Positions 49,316-59,976 of a stretch of 64,000 nucleotides of DNA are shown here, in pieces. Both the position numbers and the translations under genes were made by a program. A model generated the notes under the pieces. The model saw only the letters and a list, made by a program, of their open reading frames with translations, did no database searches and was not told the DNA's origin. The first letter of the stretch is position 1, and each line of letters begins with the position of its first letter. This stretch comes from Chthonomonadales bacterium (GTDB lineage: Bacteria > Armatimonadota > Chthonomonadetes > Chthonomonadales > CAJBBX01). The stretch covers positions 23,172 through 87,171 of the forward strand of contig JBMFSQ010000005.1 in assembly GCA_049967475.1 (NCBI GenBank), read 5' to 3'.

Positions 49316-50695
49316 CTACGGCTCCGCCGCGCTGCATCGGGCGCTTTCCAAGGCAGCCACGATGCGCTCCATGCCCATGGCGCGCGACCCCTTCACGAGC
49401 ACCGCGTCTCCAGATCGCACCAATCCTGAGATCGCCTCGGCGGCGGCATCCGTGTGGGGATAAGTGAGACACCGGCCCACACCCAACCGCTGCTCCACTA
49501 CTTTGGCGGCATGGGCGGCTTCGGCCCCTACTGCAACCAGGAGGTCAACATGCACGTCTGCAGCGGCTGCTCCCACGTATTCGTGGGCCTCCCGGCTCCA
49601 GGCGCCTAGCTCCTTCATATCCCCCAGCACGGCAAGTTTGCGCCGCCCCTTCCCTAGGATGGAGAGTGTGTTCAGTGCTGCCTTCATGGAATCCGGAGCG
49701 GCATTGTACGCATCATCCAGAAGGAGAACGCCGCCGGGCAGTTGCCGCACCTCCATCCGCATCGCAGGAGGACGAAAGTCCTCGAGAGCTGCGGCGGCCT
49801 TTTGGAGGTCCACGCCCAAGGCCGCGCCGGCAGCGAATGCGGCGGCTGCATTCGGAAGGTGGTGCACACCCGGAACCCGGAGGCGCACGGGCACGCCATT
49901 CACTCGGAACTGCGGCGTCCCGTCTTCGCCGAAACGGACATCAGCCACCTGGAAATCGGCCGAAGTGCGCACTCCAAAGGTGATGACCTTGCACGAGGCC
50001 CGGGCGCGCAGATATCCGGCATAATCGTCATCCGCATTGAGGATAGCAACCCCGCCGGGAGGCAACGCCGTAACGAGTTCAGCCTTTGCCGCAGCAATGT
50101 TGTCCCGTGAGCCCAACAACTCGATGTGCGTCATGCCGATGTTGGTGACGATACCCACAGTGGGGCACACTGCTGCCGCCAGCTCTGCAATCTGCCCGGC
50201 GCCTCGCATGGCCAGCTCCACTACCGCTGCGCGGTGATGCCGTTCGATGCCGAAGAGCGTGCGCGGTACCCCGATCTCGTTGTTGAAGTTGCCTGGGTTT
50301 GCATGCACGGGCCCCAAGGACGCTAGGACTAGGGCCGTCATTGCCTTGGTGGAGGTCTTCCCTACACTTCCCGTAACTGCGACGACGGGCAGCGTGAAGC
50401 GCCTCCGGTACGCTCCGGCCAGAGCGAGAAGGGCCCTCCGCGTGTCCGGCACGACGAGCTGCGGACCGGGAGCATCGGGAACTTCACGCTCCACCAAGGC
50501 GGCAGCCGCGCCGCGCTCGAAGGCTTCCGCAACGAAGAGATGTCCGTCCGTGCGCTCTCCGCGAAGGGCAACAAACAGAGCACCGGCTATATTTTCCCGC
50601 GTGTCGGTAGCCACCAAACGGCAGGAGCCCGCGTTCGGGCGGACGCTTCGGGCGCCCAAAATTCGGGCGACCTCTTCTATTGCCATCTCCTCCAA
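49316..50695 (-). CDS. murF: UDP-MurNAc-tripeptide--D-Ala-D-Ala ligase
   Basis: TGSVGKTSTK, NFNNEIGVP, DAYNAAP, LGDMKELG, KGSRAMGME. Confidence 0.95.
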   Translation of the reverse strand: MEEMAIEEVARILGARSVRPNAGSCRLVATDTRENIAGALFVALRGERTDGHLFVAEAFERGAAAALVEREVPDAPGPQLVVPDTRRALLALAGAYRRRFTLPVVAVTGSVGKTSTKAMTALVLASLGPVHANPGNFNNEIGVPRTLFGIERHHRAAVVELAMRGAGQIAELAAAVCPTVGIVTNIGMTHIELLGSRDNIAAAKAELVTALPPGGVAILNADDDYAGYLRARASCKVITFGVRTSADFQVADVRFGEDGTPQFRVNGVPVRLRVPGVHHLPNAAAAFAAGAALGVDLQKAAAALEDFRPPAMRMEVRQLPGGVLLLDDAYNAAPDSMKAALNTLSILGKGRRKLAVLGDMKELGAWSREAHEYVGAAAADVHVDLLVAVGAEAAHAAKVVEQRLGVGRCLTYPHTDAAAEAISGLVRSGDAVLVKGSRAMGMERIVAALESARCSAAEP

Positions 50696-50812
50696 AGCTT
50701 TGCTCCCTGGAACCTGAACGCATGGACGCAGCGGGGTATCATGATTGCAAGCTCAATCCTGCCGACGCGCCGATGCGCGCGGCGCTCTCTACAACACACT
50801 GGATCCTCTCTC

Positions 50813-51829
50813 ATGCCCAAACTACGTGTGGCCGTTCTGATGGGCGGCGCGTCTTCCGAGCGAGCGGTGTCCTTCGCAACGGGAAGCCAAATATCCGCAG
50901 CGCTGGATCCGGCCCGCTATCATGTCTGGAACTGGGACCCTGCCCCCCTCTTCCCCTGCGCCCAGGCGCTTCAACCCGACGCTCCGGAAGGCGTGCTGCC
51001 GCTTCCCTTGGCCGAAATTGCCGATCCGCAGGGACCAAATCGGCCCGACGTCGCCTTCATTGCCCTTCACGGCAAAGGCGGCGAGGACGGCTCCATCCAG
51101 GGCTTGCTCCAAACCTTGGGCATCCCGTATACCGGCTCCGGGATCCTTGCCGGCGCCCTCGCAATGAACAAGTCCCTCAGCAAGCGCCTCTTCCGGTCCG
51201 AGGGGATCCGTGTAGCCGATGATGTTCTGATCCTGCGGCACCAATTCGGGCACTCCAGCGCCGCAGAGGTCGTCGGCAGTCGCCTTGGATACCCCGTCGT
51301 TGTAAAGCCCAACACCGGCGGGTCCACTCTCGGATGCACCATTGTGCGGAAACCCGAGCAGCTCGAGGGCGCCCTTCATGAAGCGTTCCGGCACGATGAC
51401 GCGGCGCTCGTAGAGCGGTATCTCACAGGAACTGAGATCACAGCCTCGGTGTTGGGGAATGTAGACGCCCAGGTTCTCCCTCTGATTGAGATTGTAGCAC
51501 ACGGCGGCTTTTACGATTACCATGCCAAGTATGCTCCGGGAGGGAGCACCCATATCATCCCGGCGCGCATCTCCGCCCAAGCCGCTGACACTGCTCGAGA
51601 TTACGCCCTCCGGTGCCATCAGGTGCTGGGATGCCGGGGAATGAGCCGGGTAGACATGATCGTACAAGGAGACCAGCCTTACGTGCTGGAGGTGAATACC
51701 ATCCCCGGAATGACGCCGACGAGCCTTCTGCCGGAAGCAGCGAAGGCTGCCGGCATCTCGTTCCCCCAGCTCTTGGACCGCATCATCGGCTACGCCCTCG
51801 AGGATTTACCCGCCGCCTCAAAACTCTAA
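50813..51829 (+). CDS. ddl: D-alanine--D-alanine ligase
   Basis: GGASSER, LHGKGGEDG, FYDYHAKY, EVNTIPGMT. Confidence 0.95.
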   Translation: MPKLRVAVLMGGASSERAVSFATGSQISAALDPARYHVWNWDPAPLFPCAQALQPDAPEGVLPLPLAEIADPQGPNRPDVAFIALHGKGGEDGSIQGLLQTLGIPYTGSGILAGALAMNKSLSKRLFRSEGIRVADDVLILRHQFGHSSAAEVVGSRLGYPVVVKPNTGGSTLGCTIVRKPEQLEGALHEAFRHDDAALVERYLTGTEITASVLGNVDAQVLPLIEIVAHGGFYDYHAKYAPGGSTHIIPARISAQAADTARDYALRCHQVLGCRGMSRVDMIVQGDQPYVLEVNTIPGMTPTSLLPEAAKAAGISFPQLLDRIIGYALEDLPAASKL

Positions 51830-51858
51830 GCCCGGCCCTGCTCGAGGGTCGGGCTTAG
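51826..51858. terminator. Hairpin between convergent ddl and tmRNA
   Basis: CTAAGCCCG...CGGGCTTAG inverted repeat with an extended stem. Confidence 0.6.
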
Positions 51859-51868
51859 CATTCCTTCT

Positions 51869-52223
51869 TGGTGGAGGTGCGGGGACTCGAACCCCGGTCC
51901 CCGGTGACACATCGCCGGCTTCTACGAGCGTAGTCCGCGTTCTAATTCTCGTGCGGCGAGTTCCCGCGGACGGGATCCGGCCGCACCAGCTAGCTGTCGG
52001 TGTCCCTTGTGGGGCCGCCAGCGCGCCCCATCAGGCAATCCGGCATGGGTGACGCCCATTTCCGCTTCGGCCGGCAGGAAGCGGTTGGACGCGCGGCTTA
52101 ATTAAGCCGCGAGCGCGTACGGTTGAGCGTTCGCGTTTATTGTTTTGCCGCTTTTTACGAGGCCAGCGGCGCCTCGGCTCGCCACCGGGGATGTCTTCAG
52201 CCGGGTCGACACCACTCACCCCC
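51869..52223 (-). ncRNA. ssrA: tmRNA (one-piece); tag peptide ANAQPYALAA* at 52134-52102
   Basis: 5' GGGGGTG...TCGAC; 3' GGTTCGAGTCCCCGCACCTCCACCA; acceptor stem with G-U; tag ORF ends YALAA-TAA in a hairpin. Confidence 0.95.
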
Positions 52224-52234
52224 GTGTCCCTTTC

Positions 52235-52263
52235 ATTATACGTCACCTGCCGCCAGATTGCAA
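52235..52263 (-). promoter_or_regulatory. Sigma70 promoter of tmRNA
   Basis: TTGCAA-N17-TATAAT just upstream of the mature 5' end. Confidence 0.8.
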
Positions 52264-52473
52264 GGCTCCATACCGCCTACGCCGCCTGTTCGTGCCTGTG
52301 CTTGCGCTCGCCGTGCCGGCACGCCGTGGACACACAAGCGGCCGAGCCCTTCAGCGTCTCAAGGGTCTTCGCGATGCCCTACTGCGCGAGCGGCGCTTGC
52401 TGCAACCTCCATCGTCCCGAAGGCGCAACCGCGCCGGCAGATCGTTCCTGGAACAGGGGCGCCACCCGGATGC

Positions 52474-53349
52474 TCACTCGTCGCGCGGAGGGAAGAGATA
52501 CTCCATGAGTGCAGGCAAATCGGAATAATCTCGGATTATGGCGTCGGCTCCGGCGCCGATGAGCCGCCGCCGCTTCCATTCATCTAGGCCGCCCGGATGC
52601 GCTTCATCGGAGGCAACGCCTAACGCGAAGCCGCCCGCCGCCTTTCCATTCTCGATCTCTACGTAACCGTCGCCCACTACCAGCAGTTCCGGCCCGCTCA
52701 GGCCATTCTCCTTGAGGATGCGCTCGATTACCATCTGCTTCGAGAATTCGTGGTACCGGTCCAACGCACCGTAGATATGGGGATGGAAGAACGCGTCAAT
52801 CTGCAGTGCAGCGGCTTCGTCTTGCACGAAGCACAGATCTGTGCCTGAAGCCAGATAGAGCGTCAGCCCGCGCTTCTTGAGTTCGGTAAGAAAAGGCCGT
52901 GAACCCCTCAAAAGCAACGTGTCCGGCGGTATGCGGCCGCTCTTGAGCCCTTCCACTCGGTGGGCGATGCGTTCCCATAGGCGCCGCAAGTACTCATGCT
53001 TGTACTCCAGGGGTTCCTTGGGCGCCCCACCCCGCTTGGCCACTTCTTCAGCGAGCTGGATGCACTGGTAAATCGTTTGCTTGCCTGTAAGGCGCTCCAC
53101 AAACTCACGGACAGCCGCCTCGACTTGGTACTTGGATTCGTGATGCGGCGTCTTCAGCAGTTCCTCCACAAAATAGGGGATCATGACGCCTTGCCAACCC
53201 TCGCGGATCAGCGAGAGTGTTCCATCGAAATCGAAGAGGACCGATCGAAAGGCTCCACGCGGCACATCAGGATGAACAACTTCGATGGATGACCCCATTC
53301 CTCCCAAGGGCACTTGTCCTTGCAGGTGCGCCTGGATCCCCTTATCCAT
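52474..53349 (-). CDS. HAD-superfamily hydrolase
   Basis: [30 protein letters not shown]. Confidence 0.85.
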   Translation of the reverse strand: MDKGIQAHLQGQVPLGGMGSSIEVVHPDVPRGAFRSVLFDFDGTLSLIREGWQGVMIPYFVEELLKTPHHESKYQVEAAVREFVERLTGKQTIYQCIQLAEEVAKRGGAPKEPLEYKHEYLRRLWERIAHRVEGLKSGRIPPDTLLLRGSRPFLTELKKRGLTLYLASGTDLCFVQDEAAALQIDAFFHPHIYGALDRYHEFSKQMVIERILKENGLSGPELLVVGDGYVEIENGKAAGGFALGVASDEAHPGGLDEWKRRRLIGAGADAIIRDYSDLPALMEYLFPPRDE

Positions 53350-55417
53350 TGAGCAGTTCCTCCAGTTCTTGCGGTTCCGTTACCGGCCGACTGCACACTC
53401 CGTTTCGGCAATAGTAGGCAGCCGCGCGGCCTGCTACGCTCCTTCGGTGCCGCAGCGCAGGAAATGGGCTCTCGTCCGCAGCCTCATCGGTAGCCGCCAC
53501 CACCATCAGGTTGGGGTGGTATCCGCGACGGGCGGCGCGGATGAGCGCATCGGTGTCCGCAGCTCCTATGGAACCGATCACAGCCAGCTCTTCCCTGGGC
53601 CCCAACCACAGATCCACCGCCTGAAGCATCGCCCCGAACGCTGCCGGATGCGCTTCCATCGCGGCGGCATACTGCCCGAGCAGCTTCTCGCCTACCTCCC
53701 AAAGATCGCTTCGTCCGAAGAGCATACCCAACCGCAAGAAGACCTCTGCCGCGACGGAGGCGCCCGATGGAGAGGCGTTGTCCCCCCAATCGCGCGGCCG
53801 CACCGAAGGCAAAGCGGGTATGTCGTGGCTCGTGTTGTACAGGGCGCCCTCTCCGTCGGCAAAGAGCGCAGCCATCGCCTCAGCCAGGTCCATGGCCGCA
53901 TGGGCATAGCGCTCTTGGAACACCAGGGCGTACATGTCCAGGAGGCCGCGAGCTATGCACGCGTAGTCATCCAAAAAGCCGGGGATCGGGGATCGGCGGA
54001 ACTCCTCCCCAACCCATATGCCGGTATGGTACACGCGATGCTCCTGCACCAGGTACGAAAGGAGGAACTGAGCAAGCTCCTCGGCTGCCGCAGCATATTC
54101 CGGGCATTCCAGTACGCCCGCCGCTCCTGCCAGAGCGGAGAGCGCAAGCCCATTCCAAGCCGCAATGATCTTGTCGTCTCGGGCAGGCTGCGGCCGACGC
54201 TTCCGTGCGGAAAGCAACAGCCCTCGTGCGCGGGCGAGTGTCGCGGCCAGCTCGGATGCGTCCACGCCTTCCTGATCTGCAAAGTCGGGCAAAGGGATAG
54301 CCACATGAAGAACGGTGCGCCCTTCATAGTTCCCTTGCGGCATGATGCCATAGAAGCGGCACACAAGATCTGCCTCTGGCGCCGGCAATACTGCATGGAC
54401 TTCCTCCGGCGTCCAAGTAACGAAGGAACCTTCCACGCCGGCCGCGTCGGCGTCCAGCGATGCGGCAAAACTGCCCCCTATTCGCAGATCCCTGAGCAGG
54501 AAGTGCAGCGTGTCTTCGCAGACTGTCCGATAGAACCCGTTGCCGGTCACTCGGAACGCGTTAAGGTACACGCTGGCGAGCTGGGCATTATCGTAGAGCA
54601 TCTTCTCGAAATGGGGCACCAGCCATTGGGCATCCGTGGAGTATCGGTGGAAGCCCCCCGCCACCTGATCGTGGATGCCGCCCATGGCCATCTGCTGGAG
54701 TGTCTTCTCTGCCATGGCAAGGGCCCGGCCATCTCGGGCGCGCCGCTCATACCTCAAGAGCAGGTCCAGGAGCATGGGTTGAGGGAACTTTGGCGCGCCC
54801 CCGAAGCCGCCGTATTGCTCGTCGAACGTAGAGCGCAGAGCGTTGAAGGCCTCGTCCAGAAGCGCAGGGCGCAGTGGACCGGCCTCCGGAGGCGGGCCCA
54901 TGGCAGCCTCGATGTGCTTGAGTAACTCTCCTGCCTGCTCTTGGATCTCTTGCCGGCGCTGGTCCCAGGCCGCCGCCACCGCCTGGAGAACCCGAGGAAA
55001 ACCCGGCCTCCCATACCGGTCCTGAGGCGGAAAGTACGTCCCCCCGTAAAAGGGAGTGCCGTCAGGGGTGAGGAAAACCGTAAGCGGCCAACCGCCCTGG
55101 CCCGTAAGAAGCTGTACGGCCGTCATGTATACTTGATCCACATCCGGCCGCTCTTCCCGATCCACCTTCACATTGATGAAATGGCGGTTCATGAGCGAGG
55201 CGATGGCGAGGTCCTCAAAGCACTCGCGCTCCATTACGTGGCACCAATGGCAGGCAGCATATCCCACGGAAAGGAGGATGGGCTTACCTTCGGATTTGGC
55301 CCGCGAGAAAGCCTCTTCGCCCCACGGGTACCAATCTACAGGGTTGTGGGCGTGCTGAAGCAGATACGGACTTGTTTCCTGCGCGAGGCGATTGCGGAAC
55401 TGGGGCTTCGCGGCCAT
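53342..55417 (-). CDS. Thioredoxin-domain (DUF255/YyaL, SPATA20-like) protein
   Basis: [44 protein letters not shown]. Confidence 0.93.
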   Translation of the reverse strand: MAAKPQFRNRLAQETSPYLLQHAHNPVDWYPWGEEAFSRAKSEGKPILLSVGYAACHWCHVMERECFEDLAIASLMNRHFINVKVDREERPDVDQVYMTAVQLLTGQGGWPLTVFLTPDGTPFYGGTYFPPQDRYGRPGFPRVLQAVAAAWDQRRQEIQEQAGELLKHIEAAMGPPPEAGPLRPALLDEAFNALRSTFDEQYGGFGGAPKFPQPMLLDLLLRYERRARDGRALAMAEKTLQQMAMGGIHDQVAGGFHRYSTDAQWLVPHFEKMLYDNAQLASVYLNAFRVTGNGFYRTVCEDTLHFLLRDLRIGGSFAASLDADAAGVEGSFVTWTPEEVHAVLPAPEADLVCRFYGIMPQGNYEGRTVLHVAIPLPDFADQEGVDASELAATLARARGLLLSARKRRPQPARDDKIIAAWNGLALSALAGAAGVLECPEYAAAAEELAQFLLSYLVQEHRVYHTGIWVGEEFRRSPIPGFLDDYACIARGLLDMYALVFQERYAHAAMDLAEAMAALFADGEGALYNTSHDIPALPSVRPRDWGDNASPSGASVAAEVFLRLGMLFGRSDLWEVGEKLLGQYAAAMEAHPAAFGAMLQAVDLWLGPREELAVIGSIGAADTDALIRAARRGYHPNLMVVAATDEAADESPFPALRHRRSVAGRAAAYYCRNGVCSRPVTEPQELEELLNG

Positions 55418-55502
55418 GCGTGATCCTTTCCGCCGGATGCGTAACAACTATCGGTAAGCCATTGTACCCGCTGGGATCACCTACCGCCGAACCAAACGCG
55501 CA

Positions 55503-55534
55503 GCCGGGCGGACCAATATCTGGTACCGCCCGGC
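55503..55534 (-). terminator. Hairpin downstream of the pilin gene (second copy at 56335-56366)
   Basis: GCCGGGCGG / CCGCCCGGC stem plus inner ACCA/TGGT. Confidence 0.5.
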
Positions 55535-55588
55535 ATCCCGAAACCCTGATCAGTGCCGGCGCCCCGCCGGCTGGAAGAGGCCAAACCC

Positions 55589-55999
55589 TTACTGACTGTC
55601 TATCCCGGGGGCAAACTTGCCGTGGCCCGTGGCACTGCAACTAATCACCAAACCACCAGACGGAACTGTGGTCCCGTTGTTTGCCGTCAACGTCCCATCC
55701 GAAATCTGTACGCTGTAGGTGCCGCTGCTGGGGCACACAGGCGTAGCACCCAAATTGCCCGCCAGATCCGATAGGTTCGTGGTGTAGGTATGGCCCGTAC
55801 TGGATGTCTTGTACGCTGCCTCGGCGTTCGCTATCGTCTGCATGTTCGCACGGCAGGTCTTCACCTGCGAGTCACTCACAGCAGCAAGATACAAAGGTAA
55901 CGCCACCGCCATCAAGATCGCCAAGACCAAGATGACAATCAGCAGCTCGATCAGCGTAAAGCCTCTTCGCTTCAGGTTGCGCTTGCGAATCAATCTCAT
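55589..55999 (-). CDS. Type IV pilin (downstream duplicate copy)
   Basis: Basic leader, G|FTLIELL, 136 aa, identical to 56421-56831. Confidence 0.9.
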   Translation of the reverse strand: MRLIRKRNLKRRGFTLIELLIVILVLAILMAVALPLYLAAVSDSQVKTCRANMQTIANAEAAYKTSSTGHTYTTNLSDLAGNLGATPVCPSSGTYSVQISDGTLTANNGTTVPSGGLVISCSATGHGKFAPGIDSQ

Positions 56000-56420
56000 G
56001 GAACTCTCCCTCTCTAGAAAGGGGCGCCCCGGTGCCCCACCGTTCCGCAGGGCGCCGGCGTGTCGCCGGACATTGGGTCAGTTACGTTCTTCCACCCAAT
56101 CCACACACCAAAGATCAGTCGAATTACCGGTTTCTACCGGTGGATCACCTTGCTCAGGTTGAAGATCGGCATGTACAAAGCCAAAAGCACAAAACCCACA
56201 ATCACACCCAATACTACCGTCAGAAGCGGAACTGGAGCTTCGCGGCCATGCGTGATCCTTTCCGCCGGATGCGTAACAACTATCGGTAAGCCATTGTACC
56301 CGCTGGGATCACCTACCGCCGAACCAAACGCGCAGCCGGGCGGACCAATATCTGGTACCGCCCGGCATCCCGAAACCCTGATCAGTGCCGGCGCCCCGCC
56401 GGCTGGAAGAGGCCAAACCC

Positions 56421-56831
56421 TTACTGACTGTCTATCCCGGGGGCAAACTTGCCGTGGCCCGTGGCACTGCAACTAATCACCAAACCACCAGACGGAACTG
56501 TGGTCCCGTTGTTTGCCGTCAACGTCCCATCCGAAATCTGTACGCTGTAGGTGCCGCTGCTGGGGCACACAGGCGTAGCACCCAAATTGCCCGCCAGATC
56601 CGATAGGTTCGTGGTGTAGGTATGGCCCGTACTGGATGTCTTGTACGCTGCCTCGGCGTTCGCTATCGTCTGCATGTTCGCACGGCAGGTCTTCACCTGC
56701 GAGTCACTCACAGCAGCAAGATACAAAGGTAACGCCACCGCCATCAAGATCGCCAAGACCAAGATGACAATCAGCAGCTCGATCAGCGTAAAGCCTCTTC
56801 GCTTCAGGTTGCGCTTGCGAATCAATCTCAT
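56421..56831 (-). CDS. Type IV pilin (upstream copy, adjacent to pilC)
   Basis: Basic leader, G|FTLIELL, follows pilB-pilC. Confidence 0.92.
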   Translation of the reverse strand: MRLIRKRNLKRRGFTLIELLIVILVLAILMAVALPLYLAAVSDSQVKTCRANMQTIANAEAAYKTSSTGHTYTTNLSDLAGNLGATPVCPSSGTYSVQISDGTLTANNGTTVPSGGLVISCSATGHGKFAPGIDSQ

Positions 56832-56965
56832 GGAACTCTCCCTCTCTAGAAAGGGGCGCCCCGGTGCCCCACCGTTCCGCAGGGCGCCGGCGTGTCGCCG
56901 GACATTGGGTCAGTTACGTTCTTCCACCCAATCCACACACCAAAGATCAGTCGAATTACCGGTTT

Positions 56966-58180
56966 CTACCGGTGGATCACCTTGCTCAGGTTGAAGATCG
57001 GCATGTACAAAGCCAAAAGCACAAAACCCACAATCACACCCAATACTACCGTCAGAAGCGGCTCGAGCATCCGGGTGAGCCGCTGGACTGCATACTCGAT
57101 ATCGCGGTCGTAGAAGGTGGTGATTTGGCGGAGCATCTCGTCCATGTTTCCGGATTCCTCACCGGCTGCGATCATGCGGGTGACCATGGACGGAAATTGG
57201 CCGCTCTGTTCCAGAGGCACAGAAAGGCGCACGCCTTCGTTCACCTTCTGGACCGTGTCGGCAATGACGTCGGTAAAGACCGTATTCCCCGTAACCCTTG
57301 CCGAGGTCTGCAGCCCAGAAAGGATGGGAACTCCGGCGCTCACCATGGCGCTGAAGGTGCGCGTGAGGCGGGCGATGGCAATCTTGCGGTTGAGGGGGCC
57401 CAAGAGCGGCATCCGGAGTTTGATGCGGTCCATGGTCCGCCGCCCCTTTTCCGTTTGAGACCATCGTTTGTACGCCTTCCATCCCGCGAAGCCGCCAATA
57501 GCCACCATGTACCAGTATCCACGCACGATCTTGCTGATGGTCACCAACAGCAGTGTCGGAGCCGGCAACTTGGCATGGAACTGCTCATAAACGTTGGCGA
57601 ATACGGGCACCACGAAGGTCAACAAAAAGAACACCACGCCCACCGCCGTGATGATCACTGCCATGGGATACACGAAGGCTGCTTTCACCTTCTCGCGCAG
57701 TTCCTGTTCCTTGTCCAACTGCTCGGCTGCCACATGGAGGGTTTCATCCAGAGCTCCGGCGACTTCGCCTGCGCGGGCAAGGGCCTGGTACAGTTCGGAG
57801 AAGATGCGGGGGTGCTTGGCCAAGGCATCGGTGAAGGTGCTGCCGGCAAGAACATCGTTGCGCACCTCGGTAAGGGCCTGCTTGAGCAAAGGGTTCTGCG
57901 TCTGTGCTGCCAGGGTATGCAGGCATTCCACCAAGGGCAAACCCGCATGCACCAGGGTAGCGAGCTGGCGGCTCATCACCACCATATCATTGAGGCTAAC
58001 CTTGCGGCGGCGGAAACCCCTGGATCCGGGTGCCGCGCTCTGCCGTTGCTCACTGATGCTGGTTACGAAGAGATCCTTCCGCCGGAGCTGCTCCCGAACG
58101 GCACGTTCATCCGTTCCTGCCAGAGAGCCCTGCACTTGCTTGCCGGACCGATCGCGGGCGATGTATTGATACGATGGCAT
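56966..58180 (-). CDS. pilC: Type IV pilus platform protein PilC (T2SS F family)
   Basis: SRQLATLVHAGLPL, AGEVAGAL, YPMAV, GEESGNMD, LEPLL, LYMPIF. Confidence 0.93.
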   Translation of the reverse strand: MPSYQYIARDRSGKQVQGSLAGTDERAVREQLRRKDLFVTSISEQRQSAAPGSRGFRRRKVSLNDMVVMSRQLATLVHAGLPLVECLHTLAAQTQNPLLKQALTEVRNDVLAGSTFTDALAKHPRIFSELYQALARAGEVAGALDETLHVAAEQLDKEQELREKVKAAFVYPMAVIITAVGVVFFLLTFVVPVFANVYEQFHAKLPAPTLLLVTISKIVRGYWYMVAIGGFAGWKAYKRWSQTEKGRRTMDRIKLRMPLLGPLNRKIAIARLTRTFSAMVSAGVPILSGLQTSARVTGNTVFTDVIADTVQKVNEGVRLSVPLEQSGQFPSMVTRMIAAGEESGNMDEMLRQITTFYDRDIEYAVQRLTRMLEPLLTVVLGVIVGFVLLALYMPIFNLSKVIHR

Positions 58181-58221
58181 CCCTGCACCTCACGCAATGC
58201 GCCATCCCATGGGCGCGTATG

Positions 58222-59976
58222 TCATGCTGCCTCACGCAGCGAATTGGAAGTATCCTGCGGATCTTCGGACATGAGGACCCTGTATACTTCATCCACAGTT
58301 GTCTCGCCTTCCAACACCTTGCGAATGCCGGATTCTTTCATGGTCTTCATCCCCTCTCGGATCGCGATCTCCTTGAGGGCGACGCCCCCCACATTGCGCA
58401 GCACGGCATCGCGCAACGTGTCGGTCATCCGCATCACTTCGTAGGCAGCCGTTCTTCCCCGGAAGCCGCGCCCGTTGCACCGTGGGCAGCCTCGCCCTTT
58501 CCGAAACGTGCCGTTCTTGATATCGTAATCGGATATTCCCAAGGCTCTCATTAGCCCCACATCCGGCTTGTCGGGCTCGGAGCATTGCGGGCAAACGCGC
58601 CGCAAGAGCCTCTGCCCCACCACTCCGATTACGGCCGAGGTGATGAGGAAGGGCTCCACGCCCATGTTTTGGAGGCGCACCAAGGCGCCGGGGGCGTCAT
58701 TGGTGTGGAGAGTACTGAACACCAGATGCCCCGTCAACGCAGCCTGTACCGAGATCTCGGCGGTCTCGATGTCCCGGATCTCGCCTACCATGATCACGTC
58801 GGGATCCTGGCGCACGATGGTCCGCAGCGCCGCCGCAAAGGTAAGCCCAATCTTCGGATTGGCCTGCACCTGGCTGATGCCGGCCAGGTTGTATTCAACC
58901 GGATCCTCTACCGTAATGATATTGCGGCTCACTTCGTTGATCTTGTTGAGAGCGGCGTACAGAGTGGTAGATTTGCCGGATCCCGTAGGACCCGTCACAA
59001 GGATCATGCCGTGAGGGCGATGGATGAACGTCTCGAACAGGCGCCGCTGATCGGGAAAGAAGCCGAGCCGATCCAGCGGTACATTGATGCCCGCTTTATC
59101 CAACACGCGCATCACCACCTTCTCGCCATAGATAGTGGGCATGGTGGACACGCGCAAATCGTAGGGAACATCCTCAAATTGGAAGACGATGCGCCCATCC
59201 TGAGGCCGGCGACGTTCCGCGATGTTGAGATGCGCCATAATCTTGATGCGGGACACTACCGCCGGATGGTGGTTTAGAGGGATCGTCATCTGTTCGTACA
59301 GAATGCCGTCCATACGGTAGCGCACCCGGACGTTTTTTTCCTGCGGCTCGATGTGGATGTCACTGGCGCTGGAATTTATGGCCCCGGCGATCACGGAATT
59401 CACCAGGCGGATGATGGGCGCATCCTCAGCAAGATCGGCAAGCTGGTCCGCAGAAAGCTCTTGCTCGGCACCCGGCGCTTCGGCGTCGGTGATTTCCTTC
59501 AGCACACTCTCGGCAGCGCTTCGCGCGGTGTGGCTCCGGTTGAGAGCATCCTGGATCTCGGTATTCAGAGCGACGAAGGGAACGATTTGCATGCCGGTCA
59601 TCAGGTGCAAATCGTCCATCACCATCACGTTGAGGGGATCCGTCATCGCCACGAAGAGGCGGCGGCCGTCCACCTTGAAGGGAATTACCCGGTGGCGCCT
59701 CTGGTAGTGCTCGGACACCAATTCCAGGGCTTCAGCTTCGATGTGCGTCTCGGAAAGGTCCACATAAGGGATGCCGATGGCTTCTTCCAGGACGCGGCCG
59801 ACGAGCTTGGGAGACACGTACCCGAGCTCCACGAGCACCTCGCCCAGGAAACCGCCCGTCTGCCGCTTGCGTTCCAGCGCCGCGTCGAGCTGGGCTTCCG
59901 TGATGTGGCCGTCCGCCAATAGCCGCTGCCCAAGTTGGCCCATCAACGCGGCCGACGAACTCATGCGGTTGCGCAT
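58222..59976 (-). CDS. pilB: Type IV pilus assembly ATPase PilB (GspE/PulE family) with MshEN-like N-terminus
   Basis: QLGQRLL..G.IT..QLD.AL; GPTGSGKSTT, TVEDPVE, GEIRD, STLHTND, CPQC/CPRC. Confidence 0.94.
   Translation of the reverse strand: MRNRMSSSAALMGQLGQRLLADGHITEAQLDAALERKRQTGGFLGEVLVELGYVSPKLVGRVLEEAIGIPYVDLSETHIEAEALELVSEHYQRRHRVIPFKVDGRRLFVAMTDPLNVMVMDDLHLMTGMQIVPFVALNTEIQDALNRSHTARSAAESVLKEITDAEAPGAEQELSADQLADLAEDAPIIRLVNSVIAGAINSSASDIHIEPQEKNVRVRYRMDGILYEQMTIPLNHHPAVVSRIKIMAHLNIAERRRPQDGRIVFQFEDVPYDLRVSTMPTIYGEKVVMRVLDKAGINVPLDRLGFFPDQRRLFETFIHRPHGMILVTGPTGSGKSTTLYAALNKINEVSRNIITVEDPVEYNLAGISQVQANPKIGLTFAAALRTIVRQDPDVIMVGEIRDIETAEISVQAALTGHLVFSTLHTNDAPGALVRLQNMGVEPFLITSAVIGVVGQRLLRRVCPQCSEPDKPDVGLMRALGISDYDIKNGTFRKGRGCPRCNGRGFRGRTAAYEVMRMTDTLRDAVLRNVGGVALKEIAIREGMKTMKESGIRKVLEGETTVDEVYRVLMSEDPQDTSNSLREAA

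Larger units (their letters stand above)
55394..57061. repeat. Tandem direct duplication with an 832-bp period (55394-56229 and 56226-57061)
   Basis: Identical ORFs at offset 832; one visible mismatch (G55404/A56236); GCGG microhomology at the junction and both ends. Confidence 0.93.

Noticed and set aside
51869..51900. tRNA-like 3' end (T-arm plus CCA) as a tRNA or an integration att site
   Set aside because: It is the tRNA-like domain of the tmRNA. I saw no integrase or second copy of this end in the window.
53285..54925. 546-aa plus-strand ORF (also 56864-58444 +, 46056-47366 -, 20115-21371 -, 18512-19594 -)
   Set aside because: All lie antisense to well-supported genes and lack domain signatures.
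56134..56472. 112-aa chimeric ORF ending in the PilC C-terminus
   Set aside because: A by-product of the duplication junction; it starts inside the pilin gene in another frame with no clear RBS.
56832..56965. c-di-GMP riboswitch in the pilin leader
   Set aside because: Several small hairpins are present (ATTGGGT/ACCCAAT, CCGGCG/CGCCGG) but the class I and class II consensus motifs are not recognisable.
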